64,000 bases of DNA, taken from assembly GCA_008632985.1 (NCBI GenBank), contig QPGO01000005.1, positions 62,001 through 126,000 of the forward strand. Reading direction: 5' to 3'. This document shows positions 24,339-38,621 of the stretch, in pieces. The DNA is from Psammoneis japonica (lineage: Eukaryota). Made by a program: the position numbers and the translations under genes. The notes beneath the pieces are model-generated. The model was not told where the DNA came from. It worked only from the letters and a program-made list of their open reading frames with translations, and searched no databases. How positions within the stretch are numbered: position 1 is the first letter of the stretch; every line of letters begins with the position of its first letter.

Positions 24339-25169
24339 ATGAGTAACGGATTGAACGTGCCGCAGTTGGCGTTTGGACTCTACAAGGTACCGGCGTCCGA
24401 TGAGGGCGAAGAAATAGTGCTGCAAGCCATCGAGGCTGGGTATCGCCATTTTGATACGGCAAGCTTCTATGGGAACGAAGCCATGCTTGGACGAGCCCTT
24501 AAGAAGAGCGGATTACGACGAGAAGACTTCTTTGTCGTTAGCAAAGTATGGAACGACGCTCAGAAAGCAGGAAGAGATGCAGTCCGTCAGAGTGTTGTTG
24601 AGAGCATTGCGGCGTTGGATTTCGGGGGCTACTTTGATTTATTTCTGATCCACTGGCCGGTGCCCGGTTCTTTTGTCGATACTTACAAAGAATTAGAGCT
24701 ACTCCATAAAGAAGGAAAATTGAAAAGCCTTGGCTTGAGTAACTTCAGTCCCCAGGAATACCAGGAGCTCGTCGACAAAGGGAATATCTCCGTGCCCCCC
24801 GTGGTGAATCAGTTTGAGGTATCCCCTGCAATGTATCGTGCCTACCTTGTGAAGTACTTTCAGGACCGTGGTATCCTTGTAAGTGCCTCAAAATCTCTAC
24901 ATCGAGGGGCATCATTGACAAGTGAACCCATCCAGAAAATAGCTTCCAAGCATGCCGCAACTCCTGCGCAAGTCATGCTACGATGGGGCATGCAGAAACA
25001 GTTGATTGTTGTTACGAAATCTGCACGGCCATCAAGAATAAAAGAGAACAGAAGTCTCACCCACTTTTCTCTTGATGAAGAAGACCTGGAAGTATTAGAC
25101 AATCTCACATCAGCTGAAGAGGTCAGAAAACGGGAGGAGCTGGAGGTTGAACGAAAAAATCAATTATAG
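24339..25169 (+). CDS. Aldo/keto reductase
   Basis: [49 protein letters not shown] motifs. True start may be ATG 24307 with a 1-nt deletion. Confidence 0.92.
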   Translation: MSNGLNVPQLAFGLYKVPASDEGEEIVLQAIEAGYRHFDTASFYGNEAMLGRALKKSGLRREDFFVVSKVWNDAQKAGRDAVRQSVVESIAALDFGGYFDLFLIHWPVPGSFVDTYKELELLHKEGKLKSLGLSNFSPQEYQELVDKGNISVPPVVNQFEVSPAMYRAYLVKYFQDRGILVSASKSLHRGASLTSEPIQKIASKHAATPAQVMLRWGMQKQLIVVTKSARPSRIKENRSLTHFSLDEEDLEVLDNLTSAEEVRKREELEVERKNQL

Positions 25170-25500
25170 AAAATCTCTTGTCCGGGCAGTTCTGGCGCTT
25201 CAATTATTAAGCTTGATGCTTCATCTTTGGTTACTTCAGTCCTCTTCTGCCCGACACTGTTCGTGACATTTTCTCCCTTCTCCTTGACTTCTTTTTTCCT
25301 TTTAGCCATTTTTGAGAAGAGGTTTTGCGCACGTGCCTTGCTCCTTGTATTTTCTCGAGACGCTGGCCAGCGCAACGCAAGTCCTCAAATCGGACGTTCG
25401 GGGTTAGGAAAGCGACAGAGCAACAGAATGGAAGGGCCAGGGCCACACACGGTTTCAAATCAATATTCGATAGTTAACATCTAAAAAAACACAGACGAGA

Positions 25501-27565
25501 CTAGTAAGACCCCTGTGAAGAGCCAAACGAGAGAGCTGGAGGAGGAGCAAAGGTCTTGAGCCGCTCCTCTGCAATGCTCGTACGCAACGCAAACAGCGCT
25601 TTTGACAGCAACATGAGCGAAGGATTAAACGTTCCATTCGACTCTTGTCGCTTGCCATCGCCAAGTGTGACCGCAATCTTGCGTCTCTTTGGCTTTGGTT
25701 CTTCAGCGGAATCCGCGTTGGGAGTTTCATAAAAGCATTCTCGATCTGAAAAGTTGTTGAATGCCTTGGCTCCCTTTTCGCACTTTTCTAGTAATTTGAG
25801 ATAGAGTTCTCGGCGAAGGCCGTCCGTGTCGCTACGGTGCTTTCCTTTTTCGTAGCGATACGAGTCCCACTTTCCGTGTAGGAGTTCCAAGACGCACTTG
25901 AGCCAATCTCGCAAAGCTACATGCGGGCTAACATTGGAAGCATACTTGGTGTTGAACTCCATTTGTGCTACACGAAACTGCAAGGTAAGAGGCAGTCGAG
26001 CCATGTCTTCCTCGTCGGATCTGAGATTCTGTTTGGAAGGTTCACCAATGTTTGATTGGTTCTTGCGTTCAGCGTCCGCTTCATTCAACATGTCGTCATC
26101 AACAGGATCGGCCTCATCTACCAAATCCCAACTTGGGATTGACTGTCGTGATTGCAAGCTACGCCTTTTGCTTTGTTACTGACAAAAGTGTGAGGAGTAT
26201 ACTTCCAATCGATTTGTGAGGCCGCCCCCTTCTCGGCAGCTTCTCCGTCCAGGAACCCTCTTAGGCATTTTCGAATCAAATCATAATCCGGTTCATCTGC
26301 AAAGCCTAGTTTCGCGACATGATCAAAGGCGGTTCTCAAGAGCTGGACCTTGTTGGCATCGTTGGACATGGCCAGCGGCTCTGCCAATTCTGGCCACTTT
26401 GATTCCTCCACTCCCTTGTTTTTCGCAAGTTCCCGGTTATAGCTCGAGACGTAATAGGCTTCCCCCATGAGCATTTGTTCTGTCTCATCCTTGCTGTTCT
26501 CATAATCACCGTGAATGCGTTCCTTGATTAGCTGGCATTCGTCCCGGTCTCGGTTAGCGGCGTGAGACATCCAGGGCAACCCCCCGCTGACTAAATCACA
26601 AAAGACGTAGAGCAAGCTCCACATATCGTCGCGGCGACTGTAGTCCTTCAATTGATGGATTCGTAGAGATGCGTACATGCTGGTACCTCTGAACTCTGCA
26701 TTGGGTCGTTCTTTTCTCAGGTACCCCTGGTCTGCTTCATCCACAGCCGCACTCCACGTTTGACCCGTCCACGGGTGTTCGGGATCTGCAATTGGCGCAT
26801 CCTTTGGCACAACAATGCTCTTGCTCAGTCCAAAGTCTACCATACAGAACTCCTTGTTGGACCCGTCCGTCCCATATCTGACCACGTTGCTGGGTTTCAC
26901 ATCACGATGAACACTCCAACTTTATGCATACTCTGAAGTAAAGGCAACATTACATCAGCCGTCAAGTAGACCGCATCCACTACATCGAGACGCCGCCCAT
27001 GCTGTCGATGCCTTAGTTGATGCATATCTTCTCCAGGCAAGTATTGCATCACTAGAGCTGACGCGTCATCGTTGCGATAATGTCCCATGAAGCGCGGTAC
27101 ACTCTTGGCTGGCAACGAGGCATCCAAGTGCTTCAGCATTGTAGCTTCTCCCTCGAGTACTCCAGAATTCGCAAAGCTGGATAATTCCACCTTGGCAGCA
27201 ACCACACGATGCTTTGGCTTGTCGCTGCCGGCATCATTGTGAAAATACCTCAAGTCGATACACCGATGAATGCTGCAAAACGTACCACGACCCAGTCGGC
27301 CCAAACAAAAGAAGGGACCCAGGCGCGATCCTGCACCCGGAAAGGAGCCGAAGGACGGCACCAAAATGGCAACTGGTTGTTGCTGGGGTCGTTTCTTGAC
27401 AGTCGTGGGCATCGTTGTGATTTGATCGGCTGCGGCAAGAGGCGTAGATCCGTATACCTGCTGATGGTCATTGGAAGAGGACGATTCAGCAAGAGCGGCA
27501 TTCTCGTCAGGCATTAGCTTTTTATTCTCTGCAGAATCCTCGTCGCCGTCCTTTTCTAAACTCAT
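25501..27565 (-). CDS. Tau-tubulin kinase / casein kinase 1 family protein kinase (two apparent frameshifts)
   Basis: LGRGTF, VAAKVE, HRDVKPSN (frame change just before it at ~26912), DFGLSK, FRGTSMYAS, RRDDMWSLLY; second frame change near 26165. Confidence 0.85.
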
Positions 27566-28145
27566 TATGGAACTAATACAGTGACTTGTGAATGATGTCG
27601 AGAGTGGTATGGACAGTGGGGCTTATGCTGAGCTATGGCAAGTGAAAGTGCCGCTGTTGTTGGTGGCCATGGCCGATCTCAGAAGATGCGATCGCGACGC
27701 GCGGGAGGTGCGAGAAATGACTGGCGACGGACGAAGGGCGAACGTGGAACAAACTGGGTCTGTCCATAGTACGTCTACGTACTACCGGTAACATCCAGTT
27801 GTTCTAAGGTTTTACAAGTGACAGGAAACTATGTCGAGTAGGAAACCCCCAAGCCACAGTTTGTTCTAAATTTGAATCTAATACTTAGAAAGTGCCCGCT
27901 CTCTAGCTAGAGCTGCTTACCACCGCGCCGCGATTTGTTACCTTTTCGTCTTGCCACCATCGAGAGTCGCGAGACGAACATGCCATGCTGCCTTGCTTGC
28001 TGTTGCAATTTAAGCCCGCTCTGTTAATGGTAGACACCTCATAAAAACAATTGCAAAGAAGAAATGGCCTTGCAGAGATGAATGATGCATTGTCGTAAGT
28101 AGCTTTGTTCCCCGCTTTGTGAAGAAATGTTTTCTCTAGTCGCCA

Positions 28146-29394
28146 TCACAGTTGTGCCTCAATGTACGCAACAAAAGACATGGTCATACCACGGCGAGAA
28201 GAGTCATCTGGCGGATGAGCGCCCACCCATCGAATATACTGCCGACGTAGTCGATTGAGTTCAGCTACAGACACGGTACGTCCCAGATTCAACTTGACAG
28301 CTTCGTCGTTGGAAAGGGGAATGGTCACGGTGTTACCCAGGACACCTGCCATTTTCTGAGCCGACATGATGGAGTTACAAACCTGTTGAGTTATGGTGTC
28401 AACCTCGTGCAGAACCTGCGGCATGGCGGTGTGCAGTTAGACCCCAACCATTTTGTACAAACAATACTGGTATGCAAGCAAAGAGGCAAGACGTGCACTT
28501 ACATTCGCTTCCGCTGTCAAGTGCTGTTTTGTTGACATCCCCTCTTTTAATGGTTGCACATCCAACAGGAACGAATCTAGGATCATATCAATACGTTCCT
28601 CCAAAGGCAAGGTCTTTTCAGGTTCATCCGTCAAGGGTTTCTCTGGATCTTTGGTAGTCGTAGGATCGCTTGCATTGTTTGTCACTTGCCCATCCTTTTG
28701 CGGTTGACTTTTTGTAGCTCGTTTGAATCCTGCCCTTTTAAAGCTTGACTTCTTAACCGTAGGCGCTGTTCCTGCAACTGAATCATCATTGATTGAATCG
28801 CTCAAGGCGTGCATGTTGTAGACACTTCGTTGTAACGCATCTTGGGCTGCCACATTTGTTGTTTTAGATCCTCCCCTACTTCCTTCAGGTGCCAAATCGA
28901 TTCGATACAGTGGTTTATCCCATCGATTTCTAGCATCCGGCGGTTCGTATCGAAGCATTAGTTCATCCATAAGCTGGTCTGTAAAGTGACGCTGTTCGTC
29001 TTTGCTGCTCCTATTCCATTGCTTTGCGACTTCAACATTGTTCAGGACCCAGATTACACCATGGCTTTCACCTGCTGCCTTGGAAATACAATGAAGTTCG
29101 TATCGATATCCCTTGATATAATTCATCGAGTCCACACAACCAGAGTGTCTGGGCCCGCTCCGGACACCGCTCTGTCAAATTCAGCCTTGAGAGCACCACG
29201 TGTCTTTTTCTCCGCCTGTGAGTTGGCATAACATTGATTCTTGGTACAGTCGGGGCAAGCCGATTCTTCATTGATTATAATAACTTTTTGAATGATCTTG
29301 TTTGACTTTTCGTGTTGCAACGCCGTTGTTTCAGCAAGTTGGCAAAGACCGTCTTCCCAACACACGGGTGACCCGTCAAGACCAAGCACGGCAT
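28146..29394 (-). CDS. KTI12: KTI12 homolog (Elongator-associated P-loop protein); intron 28416-28502; two apparent frameshifts
   Basis: MPCLVLTGHPCVGKT, EKKTRGALK, DSMNYIKGYRYEL, RYEPPDARNRWDKP, ELNRLRRQYI; GTAAGT...GCAG intron. Confidence 0.88.
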
Positions 29395-30828
29395 AGTTTC
29401 TTCCAATTCAAATATCCTCGTTGGGTCAAACGCTTTCTAAACAACTTACTTTTGCACTTTTCAAAAAGAAAAGGCTTCTACTGGAGGTATGGCGTGTGGT
29501 TGGCGTTTACCTTTTAACTGCACCGAAAGAAGACAGCAAGTAAGGCGGGTGGAGTTTTCGTGACGTACGGCGGCCATACACCGTTGTGGGCGCGCGCATC
29601 CGAATCACCCGACCAAAACGCTTTGAAGCTTTTTGATTTTTGAATTTGAATTTCTCGGCGCCGCTTCACCATGGCGGACCCTCCAACGACGCCGGTTGGG
29701 GACGCTTCCTACTTTAATAGTCCTGGATCATTGTTGAGGAGTAGATTCGATGCACATGTGGAAGGACATCATGGATTTTTGGGCTGTTTCATTCTTTCAT
29801 CGGCGAGGGGGAAAGCATTCGAGAGCACTGCCGGTGGTGCCATGCCGAGGGAGGGATCGTTTACGGCTTTCTCTTGGACGCATCTTTACGCTTGCTTCCC
29901 CTTGATTGCTCTCAACAGGTTTCAATGGAAGCCTTTCAATTGCCCCTTGCCTCTCATGCCCGCAAAAAGCAGTGACCGAAACGAGCGAATGGAGGAGTGG
30001 CACCACGATTCTGTGTTGATAAATGTATGCGACAGTGCTTCTCAGATCTGTAAACTCAACTGCTTGACACTAAATGTCGACCACACCAGAGCCTTTGACA
30101 CTCTCTCTAGGTTGTGCGAGTGTCGAAGCGTGTTTCACGTAACTGTGGCGATTGAACCAGTGTGACACGTTTTTAAGAACTGCACTTTGTGGTCCTTACG
30201 AAGGCGAGGAAGACGGCTGATGATGTCTCTGCAATTCTCTGCAAGATGAAGTCTTGTGGATAACTTGCTCATGTGTTTCGTGCCATGTCTATTCGTATTG
30301 ACAAGGGAAAAGTATTCGGTTTGTCGGTTGAGAAAGGGGCATAGCTCCCTTTACGCGCGAGCAAAATTGCCTTCATATATCTTTACGGCAATTGAGAGTA
30401 TTTGGCGAAAAAGCTACATCCTGGAATTACCACGGTGGGTGACAACGCACTGTCGCAATCCATGTCGAACGTCGCGATATATGCTTTGACGCGTCCACAA
30501 GAAAGTGGATGGACGACCGGAGAGGGGAGACGAAAGGTCGCGTCCCGGTCCTATTTTTTGATAGTTTTGAGATTGAATGGAAACGGACTATTTTGCAACG
30601 CGACAGGGAGCCGTTGTAATTAGCCTGTGAAATTAAAACATCTGTTTGTTAGTAGGGACAGGAGATAGCATAACTGGAAAGACTACTAGTACGCAAACTG
30701 GTAATATTGTACTGTTGTGGTTCACCTGCCCATCATGAGATGGCAACACTCTCTACACCGTGAATGCCATGTATAACACGGAGTCTTTCTTTCTATTTTA
30801 CGGGTACGAGCCCAAATTCTAACAATAT

Positions 30829-32831
30829 CTACAAGGGCATGGTGGAATGTTTACGAGGAAGGTTGTCCAATTTCTTGGTTCTCAACACTTTCAAGTCGTT
30901 GCAAAGGACACGACGGGTTTCTTGTGGCTCGATAATGTCATCAATGAATCCACGTTGAGCCACGACCATGGGATTGGCAAACCTGGAAATGTATTCCGAA
31001 GTGTGCTGCTCCAATTCTGCAGCCTAAAGTTAGGCGTAGGACGATTGGGTGAAGTGATGGTGAGAAGCACAAGACATGGGTAGAAGTAGTCAGTCGTATT
31101 CAAGACGGAAACCTTACCTCTTCGCCGCGAAACAAAATCTCGACAGCTCCCTTGGCACCCATCACCGCGACTTCAGCCCCTGGCCACGCGTAATTGGCAT
31201 CTCCGCGAAGATGCTTGGAAGACATCACGTCGTACGCACCTCCATAGGCCTTTCTGGTAATGACGGTGACTTTGGGAACGTTGGCCTCGCAGTCTGAACA
31301 AACCAAAAACAATAGCAACAGAGCAAGAACAATAGTGAGATTGATGCTCAGAAATTATATGCGGGATGTGTTCAAAGACAGATAGATACTTACAAGCAAA
31401 TAGGAGCTTGGCTCCGTTGCGGATGATACCTCCATGCTCCTGATCCGTACCAGGCAAGAATCCCGGCACGTCCACAAAAGTAACCAGCGGAATGTTGAAG
31501 GCATCACAAAAGCGAACAAAACGTGCACCCTTGGTGGATGCCTCGATATCTAGACATCCCGCAAGAGTGAGTGGGTTGTTCCCAATGACACCCACCGTTT
31601 GACCCTCCATGCGGCAAAAGGCCGTGACAATGTTCTGTGCGGTATCCGGCATGATTTCAAACATGTCACCGTGGTCTACAACCTGACGAATGACGTCCTT
31701 CATATCGTAGGGTGTGTTTGGGTCATCTGGGACAATCCGTTCCAAAGCTGGAATGACACGATCTGCAGGATCCGTCGCTTCTTTGATCGGTAACGATTCC
31801 TTGTCGTTGGAACTTGGCAAAAAGTCGAGCAATCGCCTCATGCCTCGGAGTGCAGCCACATCATTCGGAAAACGATCATGAGCCACACCACTCTTGGTCG
31901 TATGGACGCTGGCTCCACCCAAATCCTCCATGGTGACTTCTTCGTTTGTCACAGTCTTGACGACTTCGGGCCCCGTCACAAACATGTAGGACGTGTTGTC
32001 CACCATAAAGATAAAGTCCGTCATGGCGGGACTGTAGACTGCGCCACCGGCACAGGGACCCATAATGACAGAAATTTGAGGAATGACTCCAGACGCATCG
32101 ACATTGGCCTGAAAGACATCGGCGTATCCACCGAGACTGTCAACACCCTCTTGAATACGGGCCCCACCGGAATCATTCAAGCCAATCACCGGAGCACCCA
32201 CCCTCATGGCCATATCCATGATTTTCGTCATTTTCTGTGCATGAGTCTCACTTAGCGAGCCACCAAACACGGTGAAATCCTACATACCATAAAGCGAACT
32301 AATCGAATGAGAATTCCAGAAAAAGCCATTCTTATGAAACCTCAACCATGCCATACGTACCTGACTAAAGGCATAAACGACTCGTCCATTGACCATACCG
32401 TGTCCTGTAACAATACCATCACCAGGAAACTGTTGACTCTCGTCGTCCATCCCGAATTCTGTGCACCGATGAGCCTTGAGCTGATCGACTTCGTGAAAAG
32501 TACCTTTATCAAACAACAATTCCAATCGCTCGCGTGCCGTGAGTTTACCTTTGCGGTGCTGCGAATCTATACGTCGCTGACCACCACCCAACAAGGCATC
32601 GGCGCGTTCCTTTTCGAGTTGCTGGCGAAAGGCCAATTTGACAATCGACGGGTCCGATGCTGTGGCCTTGTCGCTTTCCAGCACGGCATTTTCCAAACAC
32701 GTCAATCGGGTGCCGTGGTAGAACCGTTTTTCAGCCAAACAGCAAAGCACACCTCGACTACTCTTCAAGGCATTAATACCAGTGTTTCTGAGCGCAAAAG
32801 AGAGAGCGCGGCCTCCTTGAATTGACATCAT
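30829..32831 (-). CDS. PCCB: Propionyl-CoA carboxylase beta subunit (introns 32280-32360, 31294-31393, 31024-31117)
   Basis: [62 protein letters not shown] introns restore the frame. Confidence 0.95.
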
Positions 32832-33089
32832 GGTCTATCGTTCTTCTCTGTGCTGTTTACTCGCTAATTTCTGGGAAGATCCAACACGAGCGACATCGGC
32901 AGATTTTCTCACGAGGATGAGAACCCTGAATCCCATGGATACAGTACTGAAAACACGTAGGAATCTACGCCTGAATTCTTCTTCAAAATGTCCGATCCAC
33001 GTGCAGAATATGTTGCGTTTCGGCGTGGACCTCTTGTGGCGCGAAAAGTGGAGAAACAAGACGCGGGCAAAGTTGCAGCTGAATGACAG

Positions 33090-35420
33090 CAACGTCAGCA
33101 CTGGCTTTCCCAGGACTTTTGACACATCCACCACTGCAAGCACTGCCACCAACTTTGATCTGCCACAAATTGGCTGGAAAGAACACATGCCAAGGTCACA
33201 AAAACTGGTGAGCAGGGGGCTTCTGCAGCAGCAAGACAAGAAGAAAAAGCAAGCGCTTTTTCGCTCTGTGGAAGTGAGAGCAAGTGAGAGACAATGTTCC
33301 CTGCATGAGTTGTGGCATCATCCATGACAACAACTGTGACAGGCAATGCAATGAGATTGTGCTCTTGCACCCCATTGGCAGTGTCCCAGAGAGAAAAGCT
33401 GCAGCAAGATGAAAAAGAGAACAAAGAGCAAAAACACAAACATCTCTTCCCACTGCTCTTCTCCAATGCAACACAACACAGGGCTGGGCTGCACATGATG
33501 GGGCTTTTCTCTGGTGCCAGTGCAGTGAGATCCTCTTCAAACCAGGCAGGTCACACATGACAAAAGGCCTGCACGCAGCACCTGGTTGAGGGGGCGCAAA
33601 AAATGCCCAAGTGCCCCAAACCACATGAGTGTTGAAGCAGCTCTCTCTTCCTGTCAAGGCAAATCCATTGGTGTGGGCACATGTTTTGCAACTGTGGGCA
33701 ACAGCATCAACTTGTGTGCTGGTGCACAAAACAACAACAAGGTGAAGCACCCTGCACACCAGAACAGGTGCTGCAGCATGGGCAAAACAATGCCTCAGAT
33801 CAAATCTGGTTTTTTGAGCACAGTGTTGGTTTCATCTGCAGCACATGTGATGTTTCAGCTGTTGTTTTCTGAAGCTTGTTGGCCCTGTGGTTGGGTCCTT
33901 GTCATCAATCAGACAAACCCCACCAGCAGAGAGGTGGGCAATTCATGACAGTGGGTGAACCACCAACTGGTGGTTGTGTGATCTCCAGCCGCCTTTTTCT
34001 TGCCCCCCAGCCAGATGATGTTCTTGCATTGACCACTCTTCCAGATCCAGCACTCCTCGCCCAGCTGTGGTGGACCACCCAGCTGATGGTTCAGCCCTGT
34101 CAGAGCTCCATTGCAGCAGCAGATCATGGGGCAAGCTCAATGTGACCAACTGTGCCAAGAGGCAGGTGCACAACACAACAGTCTTTTCAGTGCAGGTCTG
34201 TGCATGATTTGCACACATGTGGGAGAAAGCTTGTTCTTTGCACTCAGTTGTGCCAACTGCAAAATCAGGTCCCCAGCAGATGTGAGTCATTGCCTTGATG
34301 TGATGCCAGTGTGGCTGACACGACATCTTTGATTGTGGGTGACAAAGTGCAACACAGTGCAGCATGCATGCAGACAAAAGGTTGTTTTTGTCATGCCCTT
34401 TGTGACATTTGAAGGCTGCAACACATCGCCGTCATGCCCTTTGCGACATTTGAAGGCTGCAACACGTCGCCGTGATGCATTGGCTCTTGTTGGCAGCTGC
34501 ACATTGCACTCCTCCCCATGTGTCGCGCGTCCATGCGGCTCTTTGCTAACGTGCACTGACACTGCATGGTTTTGGCGGAACAGTGTGGGTACGTGCGAAG
34601 GAACACACAGAACTGCACAGAGTTTTGCGCGTTCGACAGTGATCAACGTTGCTGCAGACAACTCCCACTCAGGGTTTCGAACCCCTGGCCTCCTGCCTGA
34701 TGGTTGCGATGAACCACTCCGCTGTGAATTCACAACGCAGCATGCACGCAGACAAAAGGTTGTTTTTGTCACACCCTTTGTGACATTTAAAGGCTGCAAC
34801 ACATCGCCGTGGTGCACCAACTCTTGTCAGCAGCTGCACACTGCAACAGGGGCATGGTGTGGTCTGTGCTGCAGAGGGGATGAGAGGTGCGGGGCTTCAC
34901 AATGATGAAAGTGCCACACTGCCACAAGCTGCTGCTGCTAGAATGAAGGATGCCAGCATTGGGACCACACCCTTGGCTGCTTTGTGGTTGCTGCAGTGCA
35001 GCAGCAGCTTGCTGTTGAACCAAATCTGGCTCTGGGATGGTTTGCTCTCCTCTCCTGCTTCATGACTTGCTCTTTGAGGGAGGCACGTGCTTCACCATCC
35101 TCTCCTGTGTTGCAACTTGCTTGTGCAGAAACCACAACCCATTTTTTTTTCAACACCAACACCAGCACAACTGCTTTTGGCCACTTCCAGAGGAACCCCC
35201 CAAACTGCTCAGACCTTGGTTCCTTTTGCATTTGCAATTTTGACACTGTCACGGGAATTGTGCAACTCACAGTTGGGCCATCTGTCAATGCGTGTTTTCA
35301 TGCCTTAGCCCCATCATCCCTGGAACCTGCTGGAAGATTTGCGATGCTGCTTTTGCACTCCACTGGTGCAATTGCAGCAATGCAATTCTTGTCATTGTCG
35401 CTGGTTATGATTGTCATGCA
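33090..35420. repeat. TpA/CpG-depleted repeat block 3
   Basis: Abrupt loss of TA/CG starting about 260 bp upstream of the PCCB start codon. Confidence 0.85.
34353..34845 (-). mobile_element. tRNA-derived SINE-like (or TRIM-like) unit with ~115-bp direct repeats
   Basis: On minus, A-box-like CAGCGGAGTGGT (~34724-34713) and B box GGTTCGAAACC (~34683-34673) inside a CAGGG/CCCTG stem. Direct repeats at 34353-34508 (with an internal ~41-bp duplication) and 34731-34845. Confidence 0.55.
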
Positions 35421-35792
35421 CTGTGAAACGAGTTGTCCACATCTGTACAGAGATGCCGGCGAGCTCCGATGGAGAGCCAATCACCGACACAACGTACGCG
35501 CCGATACAGAGACAAAAGCAGCATGGTAAGAGCGCAATGTGGACGCCGTCGCATTCGATGCATTCACTGTGCGCTGGCCACTTTTGGGGGGTTCCAGTCT
35601 TTGCTAATTCCTTTCTATCTATCTGAGGAGTAGAGAGTAGAAGTACTATGGTAATGGCAAGTAATGGGATGAACAAAAGGTATGGTTTTCGTAAGCGTTT
35701 TAGAACAGCTCAGTGTTTAAAGTACGGCCCAGCCGCAGGTAGACAAATAATAATGCATTCTCTACATGATTGCGGCCATCTTTGGGTAATTT

Positions 35793-37358
35793 CTAGCAGT
35801 CTTCTTCTTCTTGGCCTCTTCGTACCGTCACTGAAAAAGGAAACAGATGTAATAACGTGAGATATGAGACTTGAATTCGATACAAAAGTCAAAATGTCAA
35901 CGCGAAAAGACACTTACGGGTATTGAAGGAGTCCCATGGATTTTCTTCGTCAACTCCAAGTCTCATCCATTGAACGGCAATTCGTTTGGTCCCCTTGATT
36001 ACGGGGCAACCACTATGGCTTGTGAATCCCTTTTCCATGAGCCCTGTTGTAGGATCCATGTAGCTGAAAAAGGCAGCCGCGTGAAGCTCGGGCTTGACGT
36101 GGACTCCAGCATTGCCAAAGTTGGTTGATCCACCTTGCTCTGGCACGGTGCAGTACATCACCATGGTTGCTAATCGACCACCCGTCTTGTGGGGCAGTCC
36201 TGCACAATCGCCGTCACAGTGTGGACGGTATTGATCCGGCGCAGTATCCTTTTCGTCTTCTCCGAGCCCAAAGTATTGAATGCTCATGATATCTTCTTGT
36301 CCCTCCACCTCAAGACCGTATCCGGTCGCGTGGTTGGCATATTCATAAATACGTCTCGTGACACGAGCAATCGGATCACCCTCTTGCTCCTTGTCCCACG
36401 GAATGCTGACTCCAGCTTGCCACGCCTTGCGGTGGTCCGACAGTTTGCTTCCACCCGACCCGTCCGCGACGGTACCACGGTGCAACTTGGGAGCTGCAGC
36501 GTCTTGGATAGCTTGGCATTCTTCAGCAGAAATAAAATTCTTGAGTACATGAATCTGACTCGCTTGACGTTCGTGCAACACCAATACATCTCGTGTCGTT
36601 TCATTGCGATACGTCCATGTACGTGTTGCAATCGGAGCCGTGGTGGCAAGGTTCTTATCGGCGCATGTGTAGTTTTCCAACAAATTCGAAACATGCTCGC
36701 GAGACTTGGCCTCCAAGGCAATCTGTTCATTCTTTTCCACAAGCTGTGCCGTTGCGACAGTTTCAATGCACTTGACAAAGTCACTGACGGTTTCTTCTGT
36801 GGCGTCTTTAAGAGAGCCGCCGAGCTTGTGTGTGACTTTTTGTTTGCACAACTCGACCGCGTCTGAAGCAAAACTGCTACTTGATGAGTCGTTGCTGTAC
36901 TCGGATTCGTCAATCGTCATGTCCTCGTGAACAAAGTATACTGAAAAAGAATACAGCGGTGTGAGTACGTATGGAATCGGTATGTTATGAACACATCAGT
37001 CACAGCATACCGGTACAGAAATTCCATGAGAACAAAAACTCACCTTGATCGCCCTTTCTCTCTCCCACAGTAATGTAATTCACATGACATCCTTCGCTAC
37101 TGGCATCACACGCTTCCGTCGTGTTGTCGTCCGACACCATGAGGGTGTGATTGACAAAGGAATCGACAATAAAGCCCCTCCGTTTTGCACGGCGCGATCT
37201 TGCGTAAAGTCGACAGCCTTTCCGTTCGAGTCAATCCAGTATATTTTGAGGTTCTTTCCACTTTGGTTCATAATCTCCACATGTCGGCTCTGTGGGTGTA
37301 AAGCCTCGACGACAGCGGCCGTGAATAAGACAGTGAGAATTGCTACTAGAGGCGCCAT
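35793..37358 (-). CDS. Secreted prolyl 4-hydroxylase-like 2OG-Fe(II) oxygenase (two introns, one apparent frameshift)
   Basis: Signal peptide; YRPHCD, RLATMVMY, GGSTNF, HSGCPVIKGTK..QWMR; introns ~36942-37043 and ~35831-35917. Confidence 0.88.
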
Positions 37359-37823
37359 GGTTGATGGTTTGAGTTTTTGTTCTGACTCTCAAGAGCAGTC
37401 TTCGAAGTCACGTCCAACGCACCGCCGTGGAAAAAACGCGAACACTTTTTTTTTTTTGGTCGACGCAAATCCGAACTTTGAAAAATTTAGTCGTGAGCAA
37501 AGGTACCGGTCCTACGTGACATTTGATCGCGCGTACGTGTACAGATCATACTCAGAAACAGTGCGTGTACAATTTCGTGTGACACGTACTGAACGGGCGT
37601 TTGTCACGCTTTCAATCGCTTACAAGACTGCTTTTTTGCGCGAGGCTGACATCAAATCTCTGGCATTGAACTTGTTCACATGACAGATGCTGTCAACACG
37701 ATCAATCGTCATCGCTCAACCCACTTGCAAAACGAATCAACAACAGTCAGCACGATACACAATCACAACAATTCGTTTCATTCTCTTTAGTTTAGCATTA
37801 GAACACACTTGTAGTATAATATA

Positions 37824-38621
37824 ATGTGTAACGGTATTCAATTCGCTCGATGCAAGAAATGTTCGGTTGTTCCACTCAAATCCGTTGGGAATAACAGTTT
37901 GATTGAAAAGCCAAACAACCAAGTACCCAGTAAACAGCTGCCACAAGACGATATTCATCTACCGCCAACACGACGTGTGCAATTCTCCAATCGAGTCGAA
38001 ACCATGGGACCCACATTAACACCCGCGTCTGTCATGACGACGCAAGAAAAGTCACAAATCTGGTGGCAACCCTCGGATTACAAACAGTTTTGGAGCACGG
38101 CGCAAGCCGTGGCCTTTATCATTCAAAAGAGCGACGCTCGAGCCAAGAACGATCCGACGTCGTACACGAGCGTCATGCTTCAAACCTACGCGGCGTGTGG
38201 AAACAAGAAAAAGACCGACGTCAACAAGAAGCTTCGGCGTCAGTTGGAACGTTGGGCCAGAGTCTCACACTCGAGGCGGGGATTGGAGCGACAAGTCATT
38301 CCGCGAATGGGGAATCATCGACACATGCAAAAGCGAGTGCTAACCAAGTGTCTGATTGAGTTGCAACGGACACTTCAGGGGAAACTACCAAATGAACAAC
38401 TCATGAACACCATCCATGCCTATTCAGAAGGCGAGAGTCGGTGAGTACTGTTGATTGAATGAGCTGTGACAATGATTCTTTTGCGAGTCTGTGTCGCTTA
38501 CCTTATACTTTTCTGTCTCTCTTTCTCTTTTTGCAGTCAAGCTAGAACGTTTGCACAAGTCATGGGGGAAGCCGACGCCGTTGCTGCTACGGGATACTAC
38601 CAGTCTGACGACGAGGCCTGA
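37824..38621 (+). CDS. Hypothetical protein of a diatom-type family (intron 38441-38536)
   Basis: RRVQFS..VE, WWQPSDY, RRGLE; spliced SRQARTFAQVMGEADAVAA. Confidence 0.75.

Noticed and set aside
25160..25484. Short ORFs between AKR and the kinase
   Set aside because: No ATG-initiated coherent model; possibly a gene fragment but unsupported.
26897..26915. Programmed ribosomal frameshift in the kinase or KTI12
   Set aside because: No slippery heptamer, and many unrelated genes show the same 1-nt loss, pointing to sequence error.
29671..30165. 164-aa ORF divergent from KTI12
   Set aside because: No recognisable domain or coding-like composition; likely promoter or intergenic.
34661..34730. 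Functional tRNA gene
   Set aside because: A and B boxes are present, but I could not form a convincing anticodon arm or acceptor stem.
34390..34810. CRISPR-like array (three ~40-bp repeats)
   Set aside because: Irregular spacing, two copies directly adjacent, no cas genes, eukaryotic context.
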